Sequence record: LC788706.1
Reading direction: 5' to 3' (one strand)
DNA: 64,000 nucleotides
Source of the DNA: Escherichia coli phage KS_S14
A model generated the notes under the pieces. That model saw only the letters and a program-made list of their open reading frames with translations. It searched no databases and was not told the origin of the DNA. Shown here one piece after another: positions 38,848 to 49,328 of this stretch. The position numbers and the translations under genes are program-made. Position 1 is the first letter of the stretch; each line of letters starts with the position of its first letter.

Positions 38848-41407
38848 CGAGAATCCTTCTCACGTTATCCAAATCTTTACATATAGCAATAAACTTATCA
38901 TCCTTGTACTTGCTATGATCTGGATGCTCTTTATCCATTGCAGCTAGTTTCTTATACTCGAACTCTGCATCAAGTAATACACCCTTGACATAACGAGTAT
39001 ATTCATCATCATCAATACAAGCGATTGATGGGTGCTGTTTCTTCATCTTACCACAAGAATAGTCACGAGAACCTCCTGCTTCAGAATCTGAATCAATACC
39101 AATCGGACAGCCAGGAATACTAATACCACGGTCTTTCTGAATATTACGAATCAGGATTTCATTGTATTGGTCGATCAAGTCTTCACGAACAATAGCAACT
39201 ACGGAGTCATGAACTAGCATAACAATCTTCATCTCTTGTTCTAGGCCAAGAGAAATGATCTCATTATCTGCATCTACAGCACCTAAAAGGAGACTGTCGG
39301 AAGAAGCAGACTGAATGATTGCGTTAAATCCAGAACGGATTTCTTCACCCTGAACACCACGGTCTTCGGAATGGATATTATGCAGACGACGTTTACGACC
39401 AAAGTGACTATAGATAAATCCATGATTCTTGATCTGGTCGTGACACTTATCAATCCAACGCTTAAGCTGCGGGAACTGACCGAAGTAAGTTTCGATATAG
39501 TCCTTCGCATCCGCAACAGTACACTCTACAAACGGTTCACCTGTCTTAGCAGCCTGTTCCAGAAGAGCTTCGTTAACAGAATGAGCTACTTTAGCCGGGC
39601 CAGAACCATACAGAATACCAAAGGTGATTGCTTTAGCAGCCTGACGCAGAGCTGGGAATAACTTTTTAACATCACGAGGCTCGCATTGGAGTTTAAATAC
39701 CATGTGTGCGATGTTAGAGTGGAAGTCAGGGTATTTATCAGGTTCATTTCTCATGTTGATAAATACTTGTTGCATATTTCTATCCCCAGATAGAACAGCA
39801 GCATAATAAACTTCCGCAGTTGTTAAGTCCCATGCAATTACACGATACCCGGGAGGAGCTACTACACAACCCTTGATAATAGATTCATCACGAGGTAACT
39901 GTTGCAGGTTCAGTTTACCAGAAGAACTCAGACGACCAGAAGTAGTCATATGTTCATGGAAACCAGTACGAATGCAACCATCTGCATCAATACTCAGAAG
40001 AATCTTCTCAACATAAGTAGAGATCAGCTTAGTCAGCTTACGAATCTCTAGTAGAGTCTTAGCAATTGGATGCTGCGTAGCCAGTTCATTCAGAGCTTCT
40101 GCATCTGTAGAGTCTGCCCCAGTATCCGTCAATTTACCTGTTGGAGTTAAGCCAACATAATCAAACAGAAGAACACGCAGTTGCTTAACAGAGTTTGGGT
40201 TAAACGCCTCGTTCTGGTCTTTTTCTAGCTGAACGACTTCTGGATAAGTATACAGTTTCTCACGAGCCTTATTCAGATTATGGGTTAACTGGTACTGAGC
40301 TTCTTTTAAACGATCAATAGAAATAGGTACACCACGATCCTCAACACGCTGGAGAAATACACAACCAGGCATTAGGACATCATAATACAGACTGCAAAGT
40401 TTTTCATTCTTCTCAATTTTTGGTAAGAAGAAGTTGTGCAAACGTATGGTGGCATCGGTATCTTTTGCAGCGTAAGGCCACATAATATCAAACGGAATTA
40501 AATCATAGGTGAAATCTTCTTTCTTGATTTTATGTGCTTTGCAGTAATCCTCCTTGAACTTATCTAGTTCAAAGTCATAGTCGCCCATATCGGTATACTT
40601 CATTGCTAGAGATTTCAAGCCATGAGTACCACGACGCTCATCTAGAACATAATGCTGCAACATGGTATCATGGAGCCTGCGTTCTTTATGTGCTTTATCA
40701 AAAGTAAGTCCCAGATGGTACTTATAAAAGTGCATATCAAACTTCAAGTTGTGAAAAACAATAGTGTGGTTTTCACTATCCAGAATTTTCTGGAGATAAT
40801 ATACTGCAACCTCTGTGAGACAATCAGAATCGATATATACACCCTGATACTCTTGGTGAGACATAGAAACACCAAGCAGATAACCATCTCGACAGTATAG
40901 TGCTGAGGTTTCGGAGTCGAATGCGACAGGTCCGATAACCATATTATACACCATCTTGATATATTCTTCCGCCTCGTCAGGGTCAGTAATAGGACGGTAA
41001 TCACCAGCTTTTGCAATCTTCTCACGACCATTGATAATATCGTGGATATTCTCTACTGTTGCATCGAAAACTGGTTTCATTTCAGGCTTAAAGTGTAACT
41101 GGGCGGGGCTGATACTCGCAATCCAGTTAGCATATCCATTATACTCTACACGTTTACCAGTATAGTCACCAATGCCTTTCTTACCTGCAAAGTACAGGAA
41201 AGGCTCGGCACCTACCAGTATAACAAAATCATAATCATTCGGGTCAAATGGGTTTTCCGGAGTCCCGATAGTAATATGCTTTTTGAGCAAACGACCGGAT
41301 AACTTCTCGTTACACATATGGAATACATCAACTTCCTCGCCGTATAGCTGGAAATGTTTATCATAACGAGTGTTATTTAGAGCTTTATCAACTACTGCGA
41401 TTTTCAA
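38840..41407 (-). CDS. DNA polymerase, family A, with 3'-5' exonuclease domain
   Basis: Exo motif (VAFDSETSALY), Pol A motif A (IAWDLTTAEVYYA), motif B (RQAAKAITFGILYGSG), motif C (VMLVHDSVV); 855 aa. Confidence 0.95.
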   Translation of the reverse strand: MKIAVVDKALNNTRYDKHFQLYGEEVDVFHMCNEKLSGRLLKKHITIGTPENPFDPNDYDFVILVGAEPFLYFAGKKGIGDYTGKRVEYNGYANWIASISPAQLHFKPEMKPVFDATVENIHDIINGREKIAKAGDYRPITDPDEAEEYIKMVYNMVIGPVAFDSETSALYCRDGYLLGVSMSHQEYQGVYIDSDCLTEVAVYYLQKILDSENHTIVFHNLKFDMHFYKYHLGLTFDKAHKERRLHDTMLQHYVLDERRGTHGLKSLAMKYTDMGDYDFELDKFKEDYCKAHKIKKEDFTYDLIPFDIMWPYAAKDTDATIRLHNFFLPKIEKNEKLCSLYYDVLMPGCVFLQRVEDRGVPISIDRLKEAQYQLTHNLNKAREKLYTYPEVVQLEKDQNEAFNPNSVKQLRVLLFDYVGLTPTGKLTDTGADSTDAEALNELATQHPIAKTLLEIRKLTKLISTYVEKILLSIDADGCIRTGFHEHMTTSGRLSSSGKLNLQQLPRDESIIKGCVVAPPGYRVIAWDLTTAEVYYAAVLSGDRNMQQVFINMRNEPDKYPDFHSNIAHMVFKLQCEPRDVKKLFPALRQAAKAITFGILYGSGPAKVAHSVNEALLEQAAKTGEPFVECTVADAKDYIETYFGQFPQLKRWIDKCHDQIKNHGFIYSHFGRKRRLHNIHSEDRGVQGEEIRSGFNAIIQSASSDSLLLGAVDADNEIISLGLEQEMKIVMLVHDSVVAIVREDLIDQYNEILIRNIQKDRGISIPGCPIGIDSDSEAGGSRDYSCGKMKKQHPSIACIDDDEYTRYVKGVLLDAEFEYKKLAAMDKEHPDHSKYKDDKFIAICKDLDNVRRILGA

Positions 41408-41500
41408 ATTTAATCTCCTCTTGGTAAGTAAGTATAACTTCAGTGTTTCTTCTCTAACTTACCAATATATTATATCAAAATATTGGGATAATAGCAAATA

Positions 41501-41830
41501 CTATTTATAGGTGTGAAGTAATTTACGCATTTCATTGCGCTGCTTTTCTAGTACCCGAAATTCTTCATCTATACGCAGAAAAGCATCTAGCGCTTTCATA
41601 GATTGCTCAGTATTTTCTACAACAGCCCAATCATATGTTAGGTATACCTCTTGACCTGTATCTTTTACTTTAAAGTAAATATAAGATGCAGGTAATTTAG
41701 GATCACCAAATAAATGGAAATTCTTTCGTTTATTAAGGGACTCCAGTGTTGTAAACCGCTCTAGTTTAACCTCTTTGTGTGTTACACTATCATACACTGG
41801 AACATCCGCATAAATATATACATATTCCAT
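41501..41830 (-). CDS. Hypothetical protein
   Basis: 109 aa between primase and polymerase. Confidence 0.4.
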   Translation of the reverse strand: MEYVYIYADVPVYDSVTHKEVKLERFTTLESLNKRKNFHLFGDPKLPASYIYFKVKDTGQEVYLTYDWAVVENTEQSMKALDAFLRIDEEFRVLEKQRNEMRKLLHTYK

Positions 41831-41856
41831 AGTAGCTCCTCAGTTATTTAGGACTA

Positions 41857-42747
41857 TTATACCAAATCTTTAAGCGATTCAGCAACTAAAATTTCAATAC
41901 GTTTTGCTAACATATCAATTTCATCTTTGTTTAAATCACCTGGATCTTTGCCTTCAGGTAGGAGAAAGTTAGCAACTACAGGTGTTAAACGCGTTTTTGT
42001 ACGAATTAGCTTAGCCAATGCTTGTGCAGCTTTATTACCAGAAGCATCATTATCTAGTAAGATAACAACAACTTTTACACCAGCAATAATATAAGGACTG
42101 AACTTATCTGCAATGTTATCCGAAGTAAACTGATGTGTACCAAAGCAGCAAGAAGCATAGTCTATACCATTATCCTCTAGGTTCAGCATATCAAAGATAC
42201 CTTCAACTAGAATAAGAACTGGAGTATTATATCGTACAGGGAAAATCGGTGGTGAAACTTGTTTTGGTTTTACTAAGTATTTAGGAGGGGCAGAACTGTT
42301 TATAGAACGACCCAAAAATAGGATATTGCGTCCAACAGCATCTGTGATTGGGAATACAATTCTGCCTTCCCAGTCTGCTTGGTGTTGGAAAGCAAAATAT
42401 TTCTTCAAGGTCTTAGAACTTATACCTCGGAAATCACCTTCGAAAAGGTAAGCAGATTCAGGAATTGCAAGATTCGTAGATCCATTCCTAATCTCTGAAA
42501 TCTTTTTACGTACCTGCGATAGTCTTGGAGACTGTCGGTACTGAGTCTCATTAAAATAATGGTAAATGCTCGGTATACCTTTACCGAAGCCACAACTCAA
42601 GCAGTGCATAATACCTGTTTCAGGGTCAATACGCAAACTTGGGTGTTTATCGTCATGATCTGGATTGAGACAACAGATGAGGATGTCCCCACCTGTGTCT
42701 TTATATTCAATGCCTTTCAGATCAAGTAGTTCTGTTATTCTACTCAT
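41857..42747 (-). CDS. DNA primase (DnaG-like zinc finger + TOPRIM)
   Basis: Zinc-binding CCLNPDHDDKHPS...CLSCG and TOPRIM-like LVEGIFDMLN ... LLDNDASG. Confidence 0.8.
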   Translation of the reverse strand: MSRITELLDLKGIEYKDTGGDILICCLNPDHDDKHPSLRIDPETGIMHCLSCGFGKGIPSIYHYFNETQYRQSPRLSQVRKKISEIRNGSTNLAIPESAYLFEGDFRGISSKTLKKYFAFQHQADWEGRIVFPITDAVGRNILFLGRSINSSAPPKYLVKPKQVSPPIFPVRYNTPVLILVEGIFDMLNLEDNGIDYASCCFGTHQFTSDNIADKFSPYIIAGVKVVVILLDNDASGNKAAQALAKLIRTKTRLTPVVANFLLPEGKDPGDLNKDEIDMLAKRIEILVAESLKDLV

Positions 42748-44216
42748 ATATCGCTGGCCTGTTCACCTGTTGAATTTTCAGCTTTGTCTTTCTTAGCACG
42801 TTTAGATTGAGCCGGCTTATCCTTCTCAATAGGGATAACGAACTCAGCTTCCATTTGAGATATATCTTCCATTGCTAGGTTGGTAGTGTTATCCATCCGC
42901 AGGGTTTCCCAGTTCATTTTAGGCATAAACTTCACGCTATCAGAAGAACGAGTCTTAACGAAGTCAAACATAATAGCACCTTGACCATTATCAGCTTTTG
43001 CAGCATTAAGATTAGCAGCCATGTCTGCAGAATCAAGAATCCCCTTTGACATACGTGTTCTACCATCTTGATCGATCTGGTAAGGAGCTACACCAGCCAC
43101 GTTATGTTTCTGGCAGATGGATTTGAAAGACGAGCTAACAACCATCTGTTCTTTCCAGTCATACATATCAATGGTTTTAGAGTCTGGAAGTCTGGTTTGG
43201 TTAATATAGTCCAGTAAAGCTACTGTAACTTTATCCCCATATCTAGCAACTAATTTATTTAATTCTACATCAACTGTTGTAATAGACAGCTCAGGGTCAT
43301 AAACAATAATCATAGGAGTATGTAGCTCATACCCTTCTATTAGCTTACTCTCCATATCGTAGAAATCACTCATCTTAGCCATTGTGTACTGTTTAACGAA
43401 GTTGTCGAAAAGCTCTTCACCACCATTAAACATTCTAGCTCTAGTTCTGGCTAATCTCAACAGAGCTGCACCTTCTAGAGTATTATTACGCATTGCTAGT
43501 GCTGATACACCAGCTAACATGGCTAGATTACGTCTAAATACTTCATGTTCTTTCATTTCAATTGAGAAGTATGGAGCAATATCTCCATTCAAATATTGCT
43601 GAACCTGTATGTTTGAACAGATAATGGATTTACCAGTACCACGCCAACCACCAAGCAGTAACGTTTCTGTGCGAGCTAAACCAATTTGAGCGTCGAACTC
43701 ATTACAAATACCAAGAGCGATTAAGTTCAGTTTGGTATCTTCTTCTCTCTGGAAAATACGCATGTTATCTGCGTTGAATACTTTTCCAGTATTCGTTACT
43801 TTCTCTTCTAATTTTAAGTGAAGGGAGGCAACTCGGTTGAGAATTTCTCCCTGATCCAGCATTGTTAAATCTTGAAGCACGTCTGTTTCTAGAAGCTTCA
43901 GGAATAAATCCTGTGTATATTCAGCCTCTAGGACTTCAAGTGCCTGTTCCATGCTAACTTCTGGAATTTGAGTGTTAGCTAAAACGACTAGAGCTTGAGA
44001 AAGGCGGGCGTTCCTATTAGCCTCAAGCATCAGTGCGTCAATGGACGGCATTGTGTTATATTTTTTATAATAATTCTGGACGGCTTGGTAAATTGAGGAG
44101 AAAGCGTCATTAAAATGATCTTTATGCAGTTTTGAGAATGTTTCCAATGCTATTTGCTTCTGTTCGGAAGCTAGAAGCATCTTCAACACTACAGCTTGCA
44201 CGTTAAACAAGGTCAT
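42744..44216 (-). CDS. Putative replicative helicase (RecA-fold, DnaB-like)
   Basis: Walker A-like LLGGWRGTGKS in the C-terminal half; translationally coupled to the primase. Start uncertain (ATG at 44216 or in-frame TTG 6 nt downstream; AGGAG upstream). Confidence 0.5.
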   Translation of the reverse strand: MTLFNVQAVVLKMLLASEQKQIALETFSKLHKDHFNDAFSSIYQAVQNYYKKYNTMPSIDALMLEANRNARLSQALVVLANTQIPEVSMEQALEVLEAEYTQDLFLKLLETDVLQDLTMLDQGEILNRVASLHLKLEEKVTNTGKVFNADNMRIFQREEDTKLNLIALGICNEFDAQIGLARTETLLLGGWRGTGKSIICSNIQVQQYLNGDIAPYFSIEMKEHEVFRRNLAMLAGVSALAMRNNTLEGAALLRLARTRARMFNGGEELFDNFVKQYTMAKMSDFYDMESKLIEGYELHTPMIIVYDPELSITTVDVELNKLVARYGDKVTVALLDYINQTRLPDSKTIDMYDWKEQMVVSSSFKSICQKHNVAGVAPYQIDQDGRTRMSKGILDSADMAANLNAAKADNGQGAIMFDFVKTRSSDSVKFMPKMNWETLRMDNTTNLAMEDISQMEAEFVIPIEKDKPAQSKRAKKDKAENSTGEQASDI

Positions 44217-44298
44217 TCTCCTTTGCACGCTTTCGTGCCTTCTAAATGCAAAAAGGGGAAGGAGCATAGCCCCCTCCCCTTAGGTTTAATTTACCAGA

Positions 44299-45066
44299 TT
44301 ATTCAGCAGCCGCAGCTTTTGCATCCAGTTTAGCACGCTTAGCGGCACCATCATAGTCCTTAGCAACCAGACCACGACGAGACAACATAGATTTAACACC
44401 ACGCTCAGACTTACCAGTTTTCTCAGCGATCTCAGCAACGGTCATGTTAACCAGATCCAGACCTTCTAGCAGATCTTCACGAGTTTTAGCACTTGAAGTT
44501 TCCTGTACCGGCATAGCAGCGATACGACCTTCACGAAGCAGGCTCAGAGCTTTACCACGGATCTGCTTGATATTACGACCGAAGTGAGCAGCGATAGCTT
44601 CAATAGTAGCTCCAGCAACAACCTGATTAACAAAATCGGTTTCTTCATCAGGAGTGAAGGAACGAACAGCAGCAGCTTTTTCAGTTGGTTTAACAGAGGC
44701 GGTCATTTCCAGACTCAGGATCTTACCCTGTACCTGCTTAGCACCAAATTGACCACCAACTACAGCAGCAGCGATTTCAGCATAAGTATACTGACCAGCA
44801 TGAGCGTTCAGGAAATCAACCAGTTCAGCTTCCTGCTCAGGAGTCCATGGGGATTTCTGTACTTCGTTAGCTTTCTGTACTTCAAAACCTTCTTTACGCA
44901 GTTTAGAGCCAACAGAGCGAGCAGTAACATCTTTGCCAGTTTCAGCAGCCAGTTCAGCAGCAATAGCAGCTACTTGTTCTTGAGAGATTACAGAAACACC
45001 CAGAGCGGTGGCTTTTGCTTTCAGAGACTCGGTTACACCTTCTACGTTCCAGTTCAGTTTAGACAT
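44299..45066 (-). CDS. DNA-binding protein with three tandem HTH-like repeats (D5-like)
   Basis: 255 aa; three related segments (AEIAAAVVG...KILSL / IEAIAAHFG...KALSL / VAEIAEKTG...KSMLS); Ala-rich. Confidence 0.45.
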   Translation of the reverse strand: MSKLNWNVEGVTESLKAKATALGVSVISQEQVAAIAAELAAETGKDVTARSVGSKLRKEGFEVQKANEVQKSPWTPEQEAELVDFLNAHAGQYTYAEIAAAVVGGQFGAKQVQGKILSLEMTASVKPTEKAAAVRSFTPDEETDFVNQVVAGATIEAIAAHFGRNIKQIRGKALSLLREGRIAAMPVQETSSAKTREDLLEGLDLVNMTVAEIAEKTGKSERGVKSMLSRRGLVAKDYDGAAKRAKLDAKAAAAE

Positions 45067-45832
45067 TATTATTTTTCTCCAATAGTTCTTTAATCGACAG
45101 GATTTCTATCCCATTCGTTTCGGCTTTCTTATAAGATGAGGAAGAACGCTTCGATTCATCCTCACAGATTAGGTATTTGACGTCTTTGGTAACGGATTTC
45201 TTAACCGTGTATCCTAGACCTTCTAAATAGTTTGTTGCATCCGTTCGGTTTGCAAAGTCTTGCAAAGATCCGGTAATACATACCGCGATTCCATTTGGCT
45301 GGGCAACTAAATCATCAGTAACGACGGTTTTAGCTTTAGCACCAGTTGAGAATTTCCACGGTAATTCGATAACATCCTTGCCTTGTGGGGAATTTAGCCA
45401 GGCTTTATAGTTTTCTCCAGCCTTGCCGTCAGCCTTCACATCGTGAAAGCCAGTGCAATTTTGGGATAATTTCTTTGCTGCAACCTCTCCAATTAGAGGG
45501 ATTCCTAAAGAACCGAGAACTGAACCAAAGTCAATGTCTCCGCGAACTTTAGTATTTAATTCGCTAATTAACTTAGCGGCAACCTTGCTACCCACGGCTC
45601 TAACCAAATCTTCTTCGGTTAGGTAAAATAGTTCTGAAATCTTCGTCAGCTCCAGCTTCTCAATAGTTTTCGGGCCAAAGCCCTTTAACTTCATTTTTGT
45701 ACAGAAGTTCTCAATTAACTTACTTGATTGCGCTGGACAGTTGGACTTATTCCGACAGAATAATTGTCCGTTGACAAGATCTAGCTTAGAACCACAAGAG
45801 GGACATTGTGTTGGAATTTCGATTTTCATCAA
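45059..45832 (-). CDS. NAD-dependent DNA ligase, C-terminal portion (Zn finger, HhH, BRCT)
   Basis: C4 zinc finger (CPSCGSKLD...CRNKSNC), HhH-like GIPLIGEVAAKKL, BRCT-like tail; separate ORF from the adenylation domain. Confidence 0.85.
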   Translation of the reverse strand: MMKIEIPTQCPSCGSKLDLVNGQLFCRNKSNCPAQSSKLIENFCTKMKLKGFGPKTIEKLELTKISELFYLTEEDLVRAVGSKVAAKLISELNTKVRGDIDFGSVLGSLGIPLIGEVAAKKLSQNCTGFHDVKADGKAGENYKAWLNSPQGKDVIELPWKFSTGAKAKTVVTDDLVAQPNGIAVCITGSLQDFANRTDATNYLEGLGYTVKKSVTKDVKYLICEDESKRSSSSYKKAETNGIEILSIKELLEKNNNV

Positions 45833-46031
45833 ATTTCTTCCTTATCAATTTATATAAATATTATAGCAAGTATTTAAGCATTTAGCAACTACAATTTTAA
45901 CTAACTTTGCTTACCCTCGCCATAACTTTCTATCCCTCAACTGAATGATAATAGTATATACCTAAGCGGCGAAAATGTCAATAACCACTTTATAATTCCG
46001 ATATGGTAGATGGGTAGCAAAGGGTTATGTA

Positions 46032-47003
46032 TTAATCATATACTCGCTCTACTATGCACGGGATTACACCACCAGCACGAATCACTCGAATCTGGCAACC
46101 GATCTCTAGATCAAGAGAGTTAATATAATCAACGTTATTAAGAGTCGCTTTAACAATTGTAGCATCATCAATAATTACCGGTTCGAAATAACCAACTGGA
46201 GTTACTTTACCAGAGGCCCCTACCTGCCACTCAACTTTAGTAAGAGTAGTAATCTCACCTTCTTCATCCTCTTTAATAGCGAATGCTCCACGAGGGAATT
46301 TATTAGTCCAGCCTTCTCGGAAGAATTTGTTGTTGTCATTAATACGAACAACTTTACCATCCGTTGGAATCCACTTAAAGAAGGAACGCACATTAACAAC
46401 TGTTAAGAAATCTTCATTCTCTAGCCAAAGCATATCTTTTAAATACGTTTCTGTAATACCTACAGATTCAGCAGAACACTGGATACCATATGCAACGAAG
46501 ATTAAACCACCTTCCCCTATACGTTGTACGAAATCATCGCTATCTTTGAGGTTAATAGCACCAGAGGCAAAGTTACGTTTATTTTCTACTTCTTTTGTAA
46601 TTAGAACTTCACCAGTGATTTGAGTAGGTACTTTTTGGGAAATCTTTTGAGGGATGTTCAGCAATCTTACGTTGCTTGTGACATCATTCCCTAGAATACC
46701 ATTACCACGAGTTAGTGCTTGAACAAATTCGCCATTAATATATAACAGAGAAATCGCACAACCATCTAACTTATCAGTTTCTACCTGACCTAATGGGTTA
46801 AACGGAGGTTTATCTCCACGATTATAATAAACTTTCTGTAAAGAATACATACGATACAGATGTGGAATATCGCCCTTAGGCCCGATCTCTTCTTCTAACG
46901 GAAATCTTTTAATCAGACGATCATATTCTTCGTCAGAGATTAAAGACATTCCCTGGTAATATGCTTCTTGGCAACGTTTAATAAAGTCTTTTACATTAGT
47001 CAT
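46032..47003 (-). CDS. NAD-dependent DNA ligase, N-terminal portion (adenylation + OB domain)
   Basis: LigA-type N-terminus (EAYYQG...SDEEYD) and KxDG adenylation motif (KLDGCAISL); ends before the Zn-finger segment. Confidence 0.85.
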   Translation of the reverse strand: MTNVKDFIKRCQEAYYQGMSLISDEEYDRLIKRFPLEEEIGPKGDIPHLYRMYSLQKVYYNRGDKPPFNPLGQVETDKLDGCAISLLYINGEFVQALTRGNGILGNDVTSNVRLLNIPQKISQKVPTQITGEVLITKEVENKRNFASGAINLKDSDDFVQRIGEGGLIFVAYGIQCSAESVGITETYLKDMLWLENEDFLTVVNVRSFFKWIPTDGKVVRINDNNKFFREGWTNKFPRGAFAIKEDEEGEITTLTKVEWQVGASGKVTPVGYFEPVIIDDATIVKATLNNVDYINSLDLEIGCQIRVIRAGGVIPCIVERVYD

Positions 47004-47090
47004 TTATTTGTATCTCTCATTAATTTATATAAATATTATATAACAAAACTGAGTTGAAAGCAAATACATTTATAAAGAAAAAGCCAAGAA

Positions 47091-47399
47091 CTAGGCATTC
47101 TTGGCTTTGAGTTCTTCAGCTCGTTTCTGTACTTCATGTAAAACCTCAGATTCGCTAAGAATCTGTGTAAACGCATAGAAAAGCTGCGATGTTGTTTCTA
47201 GGGTGTAAGGAAAAGAGAAGCCAGATTTCGTTGGAAACCATTCATCATTAATATCAAGAAGCCAGTAACGAATACCCATGTATAGATTCCCACGAAATTC
47301 AGATACTGTTAATCTTACTTGTTCTCCCTCCTTCTCCCAGAGTATGATGGACTGGTCATCAACGTGTCCTTCATAGTTTTGATTTACCTGTTCGCTCAT
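47091..47399 (-). CDS. Hypothetical protein, possibly PC4-like ssDNA-binding fold
   Basis: 102 aa; RLTVSEFRG...IRYW...W pattern resembles PC4/YdbC-type proteins; weak. Confidence 0.3.
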   Translation of the reverse strand: MSEQVNQNYEGHVDDQSIILWEKEGEQVRLTVSEFRGNLYMGIRYWLLDINDEWFPTKSGFSFPYTLETTSQLFYAFTQILSESEVLHEVQKRAEELKAKNA

Positions 47400-47449
47400 T
47401 TACATATCCCAAATACACAAAAAGCCCCATATAGGGGCTAATTGGTTTC

Positions 47450-47746
47450 TTATCGGCCTACTGGAGAAGCACGATCTAACTCTGATTGGAGGCTAGTCAC
47501 ACGACGGACTTTCTCGACAGGAATAAAACGGAAGCTATCATTAGTACGAGAGAAGACAAGGATCTCATCATCTTTCGCTTTACGAATACGTTCACGTTTA
47601 ATACGCTCAGCCAGATATTTATCTTGGGCTGGATCAAATTCCATCGTACCCTGAAGGTACGTGGTTCCTTTCTGACGAAGTTTCTCGTAATGAAGATAAA
47701 ACTCACCAAATTTTTCACATTGTGCGATAATTTCAGCTTTGGTCAT
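47450..47746 (-). CDS. Hypothetical protein
   Basis: 98 aa; flanked by a hairpin terminator at about 47404-47428. Confidence 0.4.
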   Translation of the reverse strand: MTKAEIIAQCEKFGEFYLHYEKLRQKGTTYLQGTMEFDPAQDKYLAERIKRERIRKAKDDEILVFSRTNDSFRFIPVEKVRRVTSLQSELDRASPVGR

Positions 47747-47782
47747 AACTGTGTTCCTTTTGTTGGTGGATTTATCTAAAAA

Positions 47783-48193
47783 TTACTTAGTGATAGCTCG
47801 GATTGCTTCTGCCAGATGAGCAGCCGCTTTACCAGTCAGTTTGTCGATAATTGCATCATCCAGAAAATCTGGTGCTAAGCCAGCATCAGAGAATGCTGAA
47901 CGAAGATCGGCATGAGCTTGGGCTTTGGAAGTACGAGAACCACCAGAAGCTTTTTCTCCAGTAGATGCGCTAGATTTAGAAGCAGAGCCAGCAGCTTTCT
48001 TGATATACACACCTGCTTTAGTTAGCTTCATACGAAAACCGTTCGGAGTTACACCATTTTCCTGGGCAATTTCGCTAACAATTTCCATGCTAACACCCGG
48101 ACGTTCATCCTCTGGGAATTGCTCCATACGAGCAACGTATTCGGAAGACATTTTTTCGAACAGTTCATCAGTCCACTGAGTTGGAGTAGTCAT
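47783..48193 (-). CDS. Hypothetical protein with Ser/Ala/Lys-rich low-complexity middle
   Basis: 136 aa; AGGAAAT-type RBS. Confidence 0.4.
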   Translation of the reverse strand: MTTPTQWTDELFEKMSSEYVARMEQFPEDERPGVSMEIVSEIAQENGVTPNGFRMKLTKAGVYIKKAAGSASKSSASTGEKASGGSRTSKAQAHADLRSAFSDAGLAPDFLDDAIIDKLTGKAAAHLAEAIRAITK

Positions 48194-48299
48194 ATTTTAT
48201 ATTTCCTTAATTAATAATTAAACAGAATAGTTCTTTCAAACTATGAGAATATTATATCAAGAATTATAGGATTAAGCAACTGAAATTTTTCTGTAATTG

Positions 48300-48587
48300 C
48301 TACACATCTAGCTCAACGATCTCCCAATCATCCGCCAGAGCTTCTTCTAGGGTTAGGGAGGAGGTTTTCCATGTTGCGTCTTTTATATCGAACTTGGTAT
48401 ACCCATCTTCATTGGGCCACCAGGTAAACTCGACAATATCATTATTATCAACATCTACTTTTATAATGGTAGAGTAATAAGTACGAGCGTCCCAATTACC
48501 CCAGCTATCCCGCTGGAGATATTTTACATCTCCATCTTTAAGCAAATCTGTTAGCTTACTCACGGCGTTTTCCTTTTTCTTTATCAA
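48300..48587 (-). CDS. Hypothetical protein
   Basis: 95 aa. Confidence 0.4.
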   Translation of the reverse strand: MIKKKENAVSKLTDLLKDGDVKYLQRDSWGNWDARTYYSTIIKVDVDNNDIVEFTWWPNEDGYTKFDIKDATWKTSSLTLEEALADDWEIVELDV

Positions 48588-49260
48588 GCTTCAGGGCGGC
48601 CTTAACAGCTTCGTTAATCAACGTAATAATTTCTTCACGAGTCCACTTGTACCCTAGAGATTTTACGTCAACCCCTAACTTTTCTAGATGCTTAACAGAG
48701 GCCAACTCGTAATTCATATAATGGACGTTCTGTTGTTTGCCTTCCGATAGAAGCCATACACGGTAACAACCAACAGGATTATCCATTGCTTTTTTGATTT
48801 CACCGATACACTGGTATCCAGGAACCCAAACAAGCTCACCAACTGCAAATTCTTCTGCTACAGCATCATCAGGAATAATTGGAGGATTCAATGGATCTAC
48901 AATATCGTTCAAACGAAGTAGAGCACCATATCGTTCCAGAACAGATTTAACCATTGCTACAGAGCGGTAATTACGATCGGCAATTTCTTCAAAAGAATCA
49001 CCAGATAAATACTGCTCAATAACGTTAGCTAACTCAATGCCTTCAATGAGTGTGCCACGTTTCTTTTTCTTCATTTCGGCAACTTGAATCTGGCGGTCTT
49101 GCCATTCTTCAATCATTCTTTCCATAGTTGGATTAGATGATACGCCGAGCATTTCACATGCTGCTTTCTTAGTACCACCGTTCTCCAGATGCTCTATAAC
49201 CTTTTTAAAGACTTCATCCGGGATTTCATGGATATGTTTCTTTCTACGAGAACCAGCCAT
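48556..49260 (-). CDS. Putative HTH DNA-binding protein (early)
   Basis: 234 aa; N-terminal HTH-like segment (TKKAACEMLGVSSNPTMERMI); first gene behind a PN25-like promoter. Confidence 0.45.
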   Translation of the reverse strand: MAGSRRKKHIHEIPDEVFKKVIEHLENGGTKKAACEMLGVSSNPTMERMIEEWQDRQIQVAEMKKKKRGTLIEGIELANVIEQYLSGDSFEEIADRNYRSVAMVKSVLERYGALLRLNDIVDPLNPPIIPDDAVAEEFAVGELVWVPGYQCIGEIKKAMDNPVGCYRVWLLSEGKQQNVHYMNYELASVKHLEKLGVDVKSLGYKWTREEIITLINEAVKAALKLDKEKGKRRE

Positions 49261-49291
49261 ATTTAAACTCCTCTCTCAAATTTATGAATCT

Positions 49292-49321
49292 ATTATACAG
49301 AAATTTTTTGCACTATGCAAA
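49292..49321 (-). promoter_or_regulatory. Strong sigma70-type early promoter, near-identical to the T5 PN25 promoter
   Basis: Minus strand reads TTTATTTGCAT...CTGTATAATAGATTCATAAATTTGAGAGAGGAGTTTAAATATG; the part from CTGTATAAT onward matches PN25 as I remember it. Confidence 0.65.
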
Positions 49322-49328
49322 TAAATTT

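Noticed and set aside
44584-45093. 169-aa plus-strand ORF
   Set aside because: Antisense to the D5-like gene; Ser/Phe-rich low-complexity product.
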